DNA of 64,000 bases. Origin: Trichoplax adhaerens (Eukaryota > Animalia > Placozoa). Made by a program: the position numbers and the translations under genes. Shown piece after piece: positions 48,142-61,500 of the stretch; position 1 is the first letter of the stretch, and the number at the start of each line of letters is the position of its first letter. The notes beneath the pieces were generated by a model. The model saw nothing but the letters and a program-made list of their open reading frames with translations. It was not told the origin of the DNA and made no database searches. The stretch spans positions 5,195,397 through 5,259,396 of the forward strand of contig NW_002060945.1 in NCBI RefSeq assembly GCF_000150275.1, written 5' to 3'.

Positions 48142-49601
48142 TTAGTTATCCAATTTGTCTTTTTCATAAAATTTACAAGTTACGACATTTGGTAAGCCCT
48201 TCAAGTCTCCATTCCATTCTCTGAAAAAATCATAATACAATTAATCAGAATGAAATGAGTTCGCACTGGATCACACTTTCAAGTATTCTTATAAAACGAA
48301 TCAGTATCATTTACAGATTCGTAGGTTTCAAAGCGATTAAAATTAAATTAATTATAAATAGAAGCTATCAGAAAAGGATAGCAGTCAGAACGAGGACAAT
48401 ACAGTACCTAAATTTTTTTAAATTTTCCTCCCTCGTTAAATCAGGCGCTTCTATTAGTGGCAAAGAATTATACATTATGACCAAATAATCACTTTTTACA
48501 ACTGACTAGTGCAGCAGGCATGACTTTATCAGTCAAAAATGACAGCTTACCAAATCCGCTGCTGCTGTATTGTTGCCTTTCCTGCTCGAGAATGAGTTGA
48601 ATATTACCTTCTCGTGAGGCTTTAGAATCTAGCTTTCTGCCTAATTTCTTAAGATTGGCAATTTCTTCTAGTTCGGTATTAAATCGCTCTAGATACCTAT
48701 CATAGAGCATACAGCGTTAGTCCTACTTTAGGGAGAAGGACAATAAATGAGCATAAACAAATAGCTTACAATTCTATTAGCTGGCATAGTTGACTTTTCG
48801 TATACACTGTTACATCTGGATCTAATTGTTGCTGAAACCACCGTAGCTTCTTGGCTGGAGTTGAGCGTAACATTGAATTCAGAAATAATAGATTTATTAC
48901 CGAGTTTACAGTGATTTCCAATCTAAAATCTATCAGTGCTTCTCGTTGACTTACCATTTGTGATGACAACATTTGCACGTTCAGCTTTTCCCCTAAGAAT
49001 AAAATTTTAGTTTTTAAGACGTCATTGAGGCGATCCAAACTGGCATGTTAGAATATCAGCTCATGTAGATACTGCAATATTTGTGTTAAGTGGATGCAAA
49101 ATATGAAAAAGAGCGGTAGTTTTATGCACTTTTATAAGCATACTTATTAACTCTCTCGACACGATGCACTTCTTTGGTTAATTGAGCAGCTTTACGAGAA
49201 TAAGGATGCAGTGCTTTTTTCGATTTATTACCGAGTAACTTTATCTTTGGCTATAAAATTAACAATAAGTTCATTATTTAAAAATATACAAATATAGTGT
49301 ATGATATTTGCATCATAACTTTGAAATAACCGTCTAATAATGCAATTAATTTGTTACTGCACACTATATATACATGCGACAATATCCATTTATCAAAATA
49401 TAAATAGTACTGTACATAAATGTATCAAAGTATGCGAATGCTGGAATCAGAAAACAGCTGCAGCTTTGCAACAGTATGACAATTTCCCTTCCACATTATA
49501 CTATTTTACCATTGTATAGAGCAGTAGTCAACAACAAGCAAGCGAGTAAGCAAATATCAATACATGAATACTGAAATCGGTCACATTCTCGCCCTTACCA
49601 T
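48142..49601 (-). CDS. TMA16: Translation machinery-associated protein 16 (7 exons)
   Basis: Exons 49599-49601 (ATG only), 49144-49250, 48955-48992, 48770-48854, 48551-48696, 48408-48450, 48142-48220. Motifs MPK...HPYSRKAAQL, KLRWFQQQLDP, YLERFNTELEEI, GFEAPDL, FREWNGDLKGLPN. Confidence 0.93.
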
Positions 49602-49969
49602 GATGAAATTTTCAATTGATGGTTAGCTATCCATGATGCAGCTGCAACTGGATCAATGCAGCTTCTGAGGTCTGGTCGAGGAGAGAGAAACGGCCGTTGT
49701 AGTTTAGGAATATAAGTCTTGGACGGTATGGACAGATGGCGCTGACCGATGTAACGGCCACAGTATGCATTATGCAGTGTGGTTATAGACCTTAAGCTTA
49801 TAACAGTATGAGGAAATGAAAGGTCTACTTTCTCCTTTTATGATCCTGCAGAAGTTACGTCAGTTTAGAGTTAAATGTATGAAACACATCACCAAGTCCA
49901 GTATATAACCAACGTTTTCACCGTCAGTCTTCATAGTAGGAGTGGTTGTCAGTCTAGCATTTCAAAAAA
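49602..49969. promoter_or_regulatory. Putative bidirectional promoter region TMA16/MAD2
   Basis: Head-to-head start codons 368 bp apart, locally GC-enriched. Confidence 0.7.
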
Positions 49970-51633
49970 ATGGCGGGTTCTGCCACTGCAGCAAAGAGCA
50001 AAATCACATTAAAAGGAAGCGCAGATATAGTAGCAGAATTCTTTAGTAAGGGATTTCAATGCATCTATGTTATATGAAGCATGGACAGTGTATTTTATGC
50101 TCTTATTTCTTTTCGATTTTAACAGATTTCGGAATAAACAGGTTCGTATTGGTATCTTGATCAAGAGTATCGTTGACTTGATATGGTCAAGTTGTTGCTC
50201 GGCAAATAATATTTAATTTACACAGGCATTAGGCTTATAAATTGCGAACCTAGAGTCACAGCTAATAACCGTATGATGGTTACTTATATTCTTTATTCAA
50301 GAATTATTTCATTCGTTTGTTGAAGGCTACGTTTAAAATACCGTAATTTAAATGAGAATGTAGAGTATGGTAATAACAAACTGCGCCATGCGGATAGGAA
50401 TCAATATATGAGCGTCCAATGAGAAGGATTGCAAGTTTTACAACATAATAGTGCACCAATCCTTTACTGTATTCGAAAAGTAATAGACTGTAAAATTTAA
50501 CATTCTTTTCAATTTGAATCAGTTTAGAAAGTAGTATCTGTCTGCTTTATTGCCTTGGTTGTTGATGAATAGTGTGAGCCGTTGCTGGCGATGGTCAATA
50601 ACGTTATTTCAATCGATGAAAAAATATACAACAAGTCGTTGATTATAAATTATAATAGCTAGCTTTTGAATGGGTATTACTGTCTTATTATATACACGTA
50701 TATTACTGATATTTTCGTCTTTAGCATACTATTCCAACGAGGGATATACCCACCAGAGTCTTTCAAAAAGGAACAAAAGTATGGATTAACACTTTGGGTA
50801 ACTAACGACGAACAATTAGATGATTACTTGCAAAAAATCAATGGTTATTTAAAAGGTAATCATACAAAGCGCAATGCCTGTAATTTTATTGGTAATGACT
50901 ACGCTCACGTAAAATTATCAATCGACTATACATAAATTAAGTTTACGAGTTACGACCTTCACTTTTCAAGTAATGGACAAAGTTGAACTCATGCTTGTTT
51001 TAATCCTCGATGTTATAGAATGGCTCTTAGCTAAAACGATCCAAAGGTTGGTCCTTGTAATCACTTCTGTGGATACAAATGAAGTCATTGAAAGATGGCA
51101 ATTTGATGTTGTCTGTGATAAAACAGCTAAAGGCGATAGCGATTATAAAGAGAAACCGCTCTCACAGATCCAAAACGAAATTAAAGATGTCATTCGACAG
51201 ATTGTAGCTACCGTAACTTTCCTACCTTTAATTGAGTCTACATGTAAGCTGATTATTTGAGGATATCAATGAAAAATACTATGGCTATCATAGTTCATCT
51301 GGTACTGTATACTGTGTCCTTTAGACAATACCTCTAGTTATATCAAATATAACGTTACGCACATTGCTAGACACGGTATACATGTAGCAATTAAGATAAA
51401 TCAATATTAAAGTAATGCGACCAATGCCATGCTTGTTTAACCTTTACGTTGGTTATCCATTATATCTAGGTGTCTTCGATTTACTTATATACACAGATAA
51501 AGATCTGGAAACTCCCGATAATTGGGAAGAATCTGGTCCTCAATTTGTACTCAATTCTCAAGAAGTCCGTTTAAAATCCTTCAATACTCTTATACATAAA
51601 GTTGATGCTGCAGTCAGTTATAAGCTCAGCTAA
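49970..51633 (+). CDS. MAD2L1: Mitotic spindle assembly checkpoint protein MAD2 (HORMA domain), 5 exons
   Basis: Exons 49970-50045, 50126-50141 (16 nt), 50725-50855, 51019-51243, 51470-51633. [29 protein letters not shown]...KYGLTL...ERWQFDV...IRQIVATVTFLP...FDLLIYTD...WEESGP...VRLKSF. Confidence 0.97.
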
Positions 51634-52538
51634 AATTACCCCCATTATTCGAAATGATGTTGTCATTTTGGGTATTGTATTGGAAATAGTAGCCGGAGAT
51701 TAAGTTGATGAGCAGCATTTCCTATATGTAACTCCAATTTATTTTAAGTTATTACCATACTATCTTAGATTCTTCAACATCCACATAATGAGAGCTGCTG
51801 GATAGTAAATCTTTGGTTAACTGCATATAACTATTTCCGAATAGATGATGAAATTTTTTTATGTGACCGTTATATTAATAATTTTTACTGTATACAGCTG
51901 CGGTTAAAAAATGTTGGCACACTTCTACTTTAAATGCTATTTCGTTTTTAATTTGATCTGAAATAGCTATAAAATCGTGACTAAAAATCTTAATGACTTA
52001 GAAAGATTGATACCATGATATGATACGTAATGCATCGAGAAAAAAGATTTATTAAATAAAATAAAGTCTACTCTCTTATGTTTGAAAAATCGCAATTTTT
52101 GGCTTTATTTGCTTTTTAGGTTTGATTACATAAATGGTGTATCGGCGGTATAAAGAAATCTGATCAAGTACTAAACGTACTGCGTAGTCAAAACCTAAGA
52201 TTACTTTACCTATATCTGACTGAATAAATGGCATAATATAAAAAGCTTTCCAATCAAAGTTAATTGCTCATTTCCTTTATAATTTTTCTTGATTAATACT
52301 GTACATGTTGCTATAACAAGTTGTTAACTTGTATAAGCGTATGTTTTAATCATTCAATGATTAGGCAATAGAGATCATTTATTAAATATTTGTAGACATA
52401 TCAATCACCATACTGTATAAATATTGTAAAAGTAGTGATATCGTTAACAAGTACTGTAGAGATCTTAATGACAGACAAATGACTGCGGTACTGTAATTGC
52501 ATTCTACAGAATCAAAACAATATTTATAGATAGGCTAA

Positions 52539-55500
52539 TTAGTCCGTCTCAGTCCGTTGCAATAAGGTTATTGCATTACTTGCGTTGACTAGCAATGGAT
52601 GGATATTAATGTATTCTAAATTTAATGTCCCTGCTTCAAGATAATGTCCGGAGTCATACAAGCGGCGCGATAGCTGCTCCAACTTCGACCGTGAGCCTGC
52701 ATCGCCATTTGGATGTTTTCGAATGTAGTCAGTTACTTTACAGAACAATGGGGTAGCGAGAACTTCTATCTCCAAACGATGCCGTACAATAAGTCTAACT
52801 AACTCTTCATCATCGCAACAATTAACTGGAAACTATGACGAAAAAACACAGATATAGTCAGATAAAAGGCTTTTATAATTAAAGAATCTTTATCTCATTT
52901 TAGGCAAGTCAAGGATATAACTACGGTTAATAGATTACTTTATAAAGTAGCAATGACAATGAGTAATGATATGATTGACACATAATTAACCTCGTCGGAT
53001 CTTATAAAGTTGATAACTTTTTCATGTAAAGGTTTGTAATCGGTGAAAAGAGAAGTTTTAACGGCCACATGTATAAGGGAATGTTGTCGAAATAATGTCC
53101 AAAGTCTTTCCCAGGTCTATAATACATAATCCATTACATAAGTGTAATTTGTTGATAAAATACTATTCCTATTCTGCACTGAAACGTTACCTAACAAACA
53201 CATAAAATCATCAAACTATCACGTAGATATTAAAATTTATCAATAGATTACCGTCAAATCGAGATCATCCGCCAAATGGTACCCCTTAACTATTTCAATA
53301 ATATCGTTCTCGCATTCTGCACCACACGAAGTTATAATCTGTTCCAAGACTTGAATCCAAGGGTGCTGTGTATCTTCGCTATAAATATGACAATTATAGA
53401 TAAGAGAATAGCATGATTAACTATTGATACTAATACAAGAAAATATGATTTCTATTGAATAAGTACAATAATGTGGCATCAACGTAATAACAACCTTATT
53501 TCGCAGAATTTCGGCCATAAGTGTAGTAAATGGGCTAAAGCTAATATCTTTGTTCTCTCACTTGTGATGCTAAGTAGATTTTGAAATAGGTCATATCTGC
53601 CAAGTTCAGTTGAAACGTCTTCCAACGTGATCTTAAATTGTAAGATAAAATTAAATTACCTTAGAATACATATAGACGTATTTTAAAAATTTATGTAACA
53701 TATTATTTACAGTGAGACCTACTTGTTCATCCCAAGCTTCTTTAATAACAACGCTAGACTTAAAACATAATATCTTTTGAAACTCTTCATTCTCTAGTGT
53801 GCATATCTGTTCATAGATCACAAATATCCATATAGAATTATTAAACGAAACATACATTATACTGTACAGTACGTTGAATTCCTAAATAGACTAGGGTTAC
53901 ATATATTGAACAACGTATAAAGCAGTACAAGTACCTTTTCGATTAAGTCCAGAATTTGAATGCGAATTTGCGGTTCAATGGTATTGCTATTACAGTAACT
54001 AAATAAAAGATCTGTCACATCACTTCTGTCTACTTTCCCGCTCGATTCAGAAATGATCCCGGAAAGAACAGTATTTAATGCCTCAATCGGACTACCACTA
54101 CTACTTGATATATTGGCTAGTAATGATTTTTCGCTACGGCACCTAAAAAAAGTTATCAATACAAAATTGGTCACATTTGCACTTGATAGTTGTAAATTAA
54201 AATTTAGAAAACGCCATCATACTTATCAAGCATTTCCGTAATAGTAGTTTCGATAGCACTTTTTATCACATTGAAAAGTGTCACTTGATTTGGCCAACAG
54301 TTCCTGGCAATTCCTATCATTTCTTTAACATAACGAATACCTATACCTTTCATAATCATATCTCTAGCCAATTCTTCAACCTATCATAACATCATTACAT
54401 GTACATTAACATCGACCTACATATCCTATTGCAAAAAATTTCTAAAGAAAATTTGTAAAACCTTTTTTGACGAGGATAAAGACATATCGAAATCTCTCAC
54501 ATATTTGAGACAATCCGCCTATGTTAAAAAGCATCAAGTCATCGAAATTACTTATTTCATGGCAATATTCTTACGATCGCTATTATATAATTCTAGAGAT
54601 ACAGGTATAACTAAATTGTAAAGTTAAGTGTCTGTACATTTTTTTCCGCTAATTCTTGCATAGTTTTAGATTCTTTCAGCATAGTGAGATGCTTTAGTAT
54701 TATAGCAAAGAGTTTAGTAGCTGTACTATATCTTGCAAAGTCTTGATCCGGACTACTAGAATTGAATTATAATAGCATGTATTACTATTAACGAAAATTT
54801 CAAAGCAGAATTTATATTGATAGTTCATACTCAGTAGCTTCATCATCATTGCTAGTCGAAGAGTCCTTGCTTTCTTGTTCGGTTGATAATTTTATTAGGC
54901 GCTTTATTAATTTTACTCGACAGTCCATCGATAGCTAAAGATAGTTTCATTATCTAATCTTAGCTCATAGTCTTTATCACTACATTAAATAAAAAATAAA
55001 CATCCAACCTCTTCCGGGGATTCATCTTGAAACAAGATTGCTTTCATGTAATCAACGAGATCATTTGGTGTTAAATGTTTTAAAATGTCGATCGCGGACT
55101 GATATCTAGAGATCCAACCGGACTAAAAATATCATATAAATTTAGTTAGCGCTCTGTGGAAATTGAACTACAGTATAACTTATACATTGATTGGGCATAA
55201 GATTTACAGTAGTTGATGGTTTGCTAGAAGTCTTCTTATTTCCATGCCAAAACACTTTCTTAACATAGGTAAGGAATATCTTGCTGGCTGATATACGATT
55301 GCTATTCTTTTATTATAGAAGAAAAGTATTGGTATCAATACATAATTATTTTAAGATTACTGAGTGTTAATACAAATAACTTTCATCATTCTAATTTCCT
55401 AGTATACCTGGATATTACAAATTTTGGGAGCTAATTTTGCGACAGCGTGAACGTTGTTAGATGAAAGGTACGGCTTTAAGACTACAAGGGGTTGATCTTC

Positions 55501-58500
55501 GTCAAACAATTTCTTAAAGTCAATACCTATAATATTTTCAATTAGAAGTAGTCATGATAAATACAAAGTAATCGTAGCCTAACTGCCTAAGCGACCTAGA
55601 TAGCAAACCTGGAGCCGCCGATTTCATCTTGATAATTACTGTTTGATAGTCTTGCACTTTTGTGAGCTCCTAAATGAAGTATATTAGTGAGATAGTTGCA
55701 GAATGAAATACAATAAGCTACAGAGAATAATAACCTCAATAGGAGTGTTTTTATCTGTTAAGGTGTTCAGGAATTGAAAATAAAATGTTAACATTCCATA
55801 ATCGCTTCCCTGAATGGCTGGATAAACATTATTTTCTAGACGATGTCTTGCTTTTTCTATGTCAGTAGTTAAGAAATCGAGTATGTTCATTGAATTAATA
55901 CGATCCTCTATCGCCGAAACAGCTAAACCACTATCAGTAAGTAGCCATTCGGTATGAGCCATATAGATATCCCAATGTGTGATAGAATACCGTTCTGCAA
56001 GGGTGATTGCAGTCTTAAAGACGCTATCTCGCAAAGTCATAGCTAAACCTAATATTGTATCATATTTATATTCGTCGTCAACAGCAAATCGAGCAGTATC
56101 AACACCTCTTCCTAGGTTTCGCAAAATTTGTGCTTGTACATAATCACTCAGAGCAGATTGATAATATTGCAACAACTTCGAAAGTTCATCGACAATAGAT
56201 TTAGTAACGTCATCGCCGTCAGAAGTAGGGCTTTCAATCAAGTTAGTAACCGTTTTTAAGATTTCATTTGGATTAAAAGAGACAGAACGTTTATCAACAC
56301 TATCTCCAGTCTTTTGCATAATAAAATATATTTGTAATGAATAGTAATAAATAGCCAGCTTAAAATTTAATACCACATTCGATTGTCTAAAAAATTTATC
56401 TGCCATTTTTCTATCAGGTAAAGCTAATAAGTAAGATAGAGTTAGCACCGTATCGTTATCGGCGTATTTACTGGCTAGAGACAGAAATACGTCTGACGCT
56501 TGATCAAAGTCAGCTCCTAATTGATTGCTTTCAAAAAGCTTCTCCATTCGTAAAACGCTAGAATCCGTAAACGATGGATCTGTATCAATTGCTAACAAAT
56601 CAGCTATAGTGTTGTTAGATATACGATTATCTCCATATGTAGAAGCATAAAATGTATCATAAAGAATTTTATCAAGCGATTTACTGTTCACATCGTTGGA
56701 AGAATCGCTTAACTGGGAATCGTAGGATTTAGTATGCTCTTCTTTGCTAAACGGATTAGAGATCCATTTTATTACGTTATCCTGGAGCCTAAGGTTGTTG
56801 CTTATGGTTTTGAAAACATTAGACCGCAAATTTTCTACGGGAGTTTTACTAGTCCCAATCTCTCGATTAATTTTGTAATATAACTCTTGAATTTCAATAT
56901 GGCTTTTGACAATCAACAATTTCTCAATAACATCTGCCGTACAATGTGTCAATGCAAACGCTATAAGTCGACGACGATCAGATAAATTTGGAAATCCATT
57001 ACATTCTGCTAATCGCCAACAAATTTGCCAAGCATTCGAGTGGTTATCATTCATGAGATTTTGACACATTTTATATGCAAAGTCGTAGTCATTTTCTTCC
57101 ATGGCGCTTTCAGCGACTACAGTCAAAATTTGACCTATTCGACTAACCTCATCCTTCGCTGAAATCTGAATTAGGTTACCTAATTTTAGTAATTTTTCGT
57201 ATTTTAAATAATTCTTTGGATTTGCGCCAAGAGCATTCCTAATTAAATTTAACCTATTTTCACAAAGACGTACTAAAAATAGAAATAAAGAAATTCAAAA
57301 TTATTAAAAGTTTGCAATAAGGTTTCAATTTAGAAATAAAGCATAAAAAATCTTACTTTCTAAGGGAAGCATAAATAATCCAAGATCGCTAAGATAGGAC
57401 AGTGAATTTATTAAATTAATTTCCGCTTCAATCTCTGGTGTTGTAACTGATATTAAAGATAAACATTTCCTAAGATTCAGAATAAAATGAAATTAGACAC
57501 ATAATAATATTAGGTACAGCGTACTGTGTACAGAGTAGATTAAATACATCACCAACCTTGCATAACTTGTATTCCGGTCTGAGTAATCTTTGGAAGAATC
57601 AAAGTATTCCTGGGCCGCTTTCAATACCAAAGATACAGATTTTTCATATGAAATTTTACTAGATCGCTGTCTTTGTGATGAGGAAAGAAATTCAGCTGCT
57701 AGTGATATACTATTGATATCACTTGAGTGCAGTAAACAATCTGTGAATATTTCATGACAGTCACTATTGGTTATTGATGTAAATGAGGATTCTACCATCG
57801 TCAACATTCGATTTAAAATCGATCGCCATTCAGAAGCTGATATAGATATTCGCCCAGCAGTTGCTTTTCGTGTAAATGTCATCATCAATGCTTTAGACTC
57901 TTCTGCATTATTGATCATCTCCCTGATATCGCTTATGCAACTGGGTAAGTTGCTATCATGTAATATCTCAGCTGTTCTTACGTGATTTTTTAATTCTTTT
58001 AATATTGATGAATGTACTGAATCTAATGTTATGGCGCTCGAAATATGGAGACATTCAACTATAGTCTTAGCACAGTCAAGCTGGTCATTTCCACAATAAG
58101 CGTATATACAGTCCGCAGCAATTGATATTGCACTAAATATATTAGGAATGATTGGACTAGTAGATCCTACTTTAGAATGTTGAAATATTAGTTGGCAATA
58201 AGATAGATCTTGTTTTGCTTCTTCAATAAGATATTGTCGTATTACAGAGTCATAGGAACCGGGTTCATAGATCTCCAAACGATGTAGATACGGTAGAACA
58301 TAACACTTAAAATTGCTTACATAACTGCTGTCGCCTTTTTTATGTAAAAGAAGGCGAACTTTTTCAATATTTGACATACTTAATATATCTTTTAAAGTAA
58401 TTGATACATTTCCACATTCATACACCATTACTTCTAAAGTAAGGAGATTATTGAGTAATGGTTCTAAATTCTTTATATTCTTTTCCATTCCAAGCTTAAT

Positions 58501-61500
58501 TAAATCAATAGCATTTGAAACTTGCTGCGATAGAAACTCAATTTCCGTTGCTCGGTTTAAGTACCATGCTGTAAGTAGCTCAGAATTTAGATTATGACTG
58601 AATTCCTTCAAATGCGGGCAGTCAGCATACAGAAAATAAATGCCCTCCTCAATGTCACTTTCTATACCGTTTCCGTATGCGATTTCGCACCAGTCTTCGC
58701 TTCGAATACGATTTGTATCAAGCGCGGCGACTTCGTCGTTTGTTGTAAGTTCCGGCAGTAAATATTTATATTTCTTCGGTGAGCATGTTTCGGGAAAATT
58801 TGATAATATTGCCAATCTATGAGGTGTCAGTACTGTAGAGAAATATGCGAATAAAATATCAACCGCTTCCCAGTTACTTTCTCTGGCGTATTCCGTAGTG
58901 ATTTTGATAATATTAGATGAACGAAAAGATTCAAATACGATAGGAGAAAATCTTTCCGGTGCTAAATGCGCACCTCCAAGGATAATCTTTAAAATTATTA
59001 AATAAACAATAATTCACTTAACTCTAATAGTACAAGGTAATTAATTGTTACTCATGTGTTAGTAAGCCAGTATTTTATGGCTAATATTATTTTGCTAACA
59101 GTTATATATTATACCGTACCTCGTATAAAAGTAGTCTATCTAAGTACTTGAGTAAAATTAGTCGATAATGATATAATTTCTTTGCCTTTTCGTTAAGACT
59201 AAAACAGAGTAAAGTAAATTTGAGGATGATTGAATGTAATTGCAAAGCAATAGTACCAAAAATGCACAAAACATATTTAAGTAATGCTTTTAAGCAGTGA
59301 TCGATAAAATTTGGTTCTATTACGAGTATTCTACAAGTCAGATATACCAGCTGAAATCAGGAAGTTTTTTTATTTCGAGGTTGTGGACAGATTCTTCGTC
59401 AGATAGTTCGTCCATTGTTGACTGCTGCCGCTGGGGTTTTATTATATCAGACTTTTGAAAATTTTCATCATCATCATCGTTATTAATTGTACTGATTATA
59501 AAACTACTTTCGAAATCGGTATTGTTTAATGCGGCCTGAAAAACCGCTTTGTTAGTGCCTAACAAGCCATATTGAAGAAGCTCTTTGACTGCATCGATGT
59601 CAATTGGTACTCGCTGAATGCATTCTTCTAGTACCCAAAAGCGATCTGTGATTTTACTCTACATAAAAGTGTTTTGGTTACAACCAATAGTAATGCCAGC
59701 GATAATTAAAGTTTAGTTATGTTAGAGTTATATAGTATTACCAGAAAATCTTGAATTGCCATTATTGACATTTTGGATTGTTGCCACCGTCGCTTGTAAA
59801 CCAAATTACTATCAAGACCGTAAGATTCAGCTAACGTTAATGCCTCACCATATTCTTCTTGATCTATCTGTAGGATATTAAACACAAGATAAAATAGAGT
59901 GATTACGTGAATCGCTTAGTACGTACTATAAAGCTGCATGATACCTTTCTAGAATATAGTTCTTCTGGTGTTGTAGACTTCAAGCAGAGCAAGCGATAGG
60001 TTCTCTTCAGGACCCTAAGGTGAATAATATTATTGACCGAAAGTAACAAATATGATAGATCTATCTAAAATCATGTCGGCACATACTTTGGTGCTTTATC
60101 TTGCTGTAAAAAACTATCGCTTTCCGTTAAGAAATATAGCACCTATTCATGAATAGCATATAAATGGATCGATTAACATACAATTTCTGAAAGAATCTTA
60201 TAGGAATAAATATAATAGTATAATTTCAAGAATAAGTAACGACGGAATCCGTTAGCAATTTTTTGATTACTCGTCTTAATTTTTCAGTAAGTTTTTCGTA
60301 AGTCGAAAGTTGAATTTCTTCATCATCATTTAGGTTGTAACTAGCTTCTTCTTCACTTTCTGAATCTACAATTGATTCTGTATCATCCGTAAAACTTGTC
60401 ATTGCGTACTTTTTATAAACTGCTTTGCAGTCATCCTAAAATATAAAATATTATTCCAAGTTGGTGTGTTATTATAGTTATAGCAATGTTGCAGTAAATG
60501 TATAAGCAAAGTAAAACGTGTGAAATAATAACCTCCAGGATGAGGAAGCCTCCATCACTTAGGGCAATGACATGTGATCCCGGCTGGAAGTACTCAGGGG
60601 AACTACCCAATAAATTCTGAAGGCTAATAATTAATCAAACCAAATGTAATGATGTCATAGCATGATTTTGGTTATTAATACTATCAAATTTGTATGACGC
60701 TTTTAAATAAATATAAGTAGTAATGACTAACCTGCTTTCGATAGCTGAAATTGTAACCGCGCCAGATGATCGTACTAATACTAAAGACTACGAAAGATAA
60801 TTATTATCATAGAGAGCAACTAAATTTCTGATAAGCGTACGGTAAACGAAATATTATAGTTTCGAAGTATTATTAACCAGATACGTATTGTAATTTTATA
60901 ATACTGGCTAATATGATATAAATACCGTTTCTGACCACCAGTCAAGGGCAAGTATTGCTTTTGAGATATCGTCTGTTAAAGACCAATCATTACATCGATG
61001 GAAAGTAAATAATTAATTAGATTAAATTTCTGCTGCTATAATTTCTGTAAAGTACCATAAAGCTTACATGAATGATACGTACCACTTGCACTGTGTGAAG
61101 TTGAACTTAAACTTGTTTCAGAGTTGTAATTAGTAATTGAGAGATCTTGTCCTTTCGCTGCAACATCAGGCTAAATGAGTATAAGTATTAAAGTCATAAC
61201 GTCATTTACATTACGGGTGTTACCAAGACAAAATATCAATCAAATTTACCTGTTCGTCGATATGCCAAACGGCTTTCATTCTAAGCGACGGCAACTCCCA
61301 GACTGATAGACAACCAGAACACTGTACAACGGCTAAAAGGGACCCATTTGGTGACAAAGATATTTTGTGTACTGTATGCTATAAAAATAAATGGGAATTT
61401 TTAGTAACTGTAGCTAGAAAAGCTTAAGTTGATGTGATAGCATATAGCGTAGAAGCTATTATATAGTGAGCGAAATTATAGTTTGGTTTTGATTACTTGG

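Noticed and set aside
48766-49038. 90-aa ORF as a single TMA16 exon
   Set aside because: It reads through introns; the 38-nt exon 48955-48992 in another frame plus 48770-48854 restores the TMA16 alignment with consensus splice sites.
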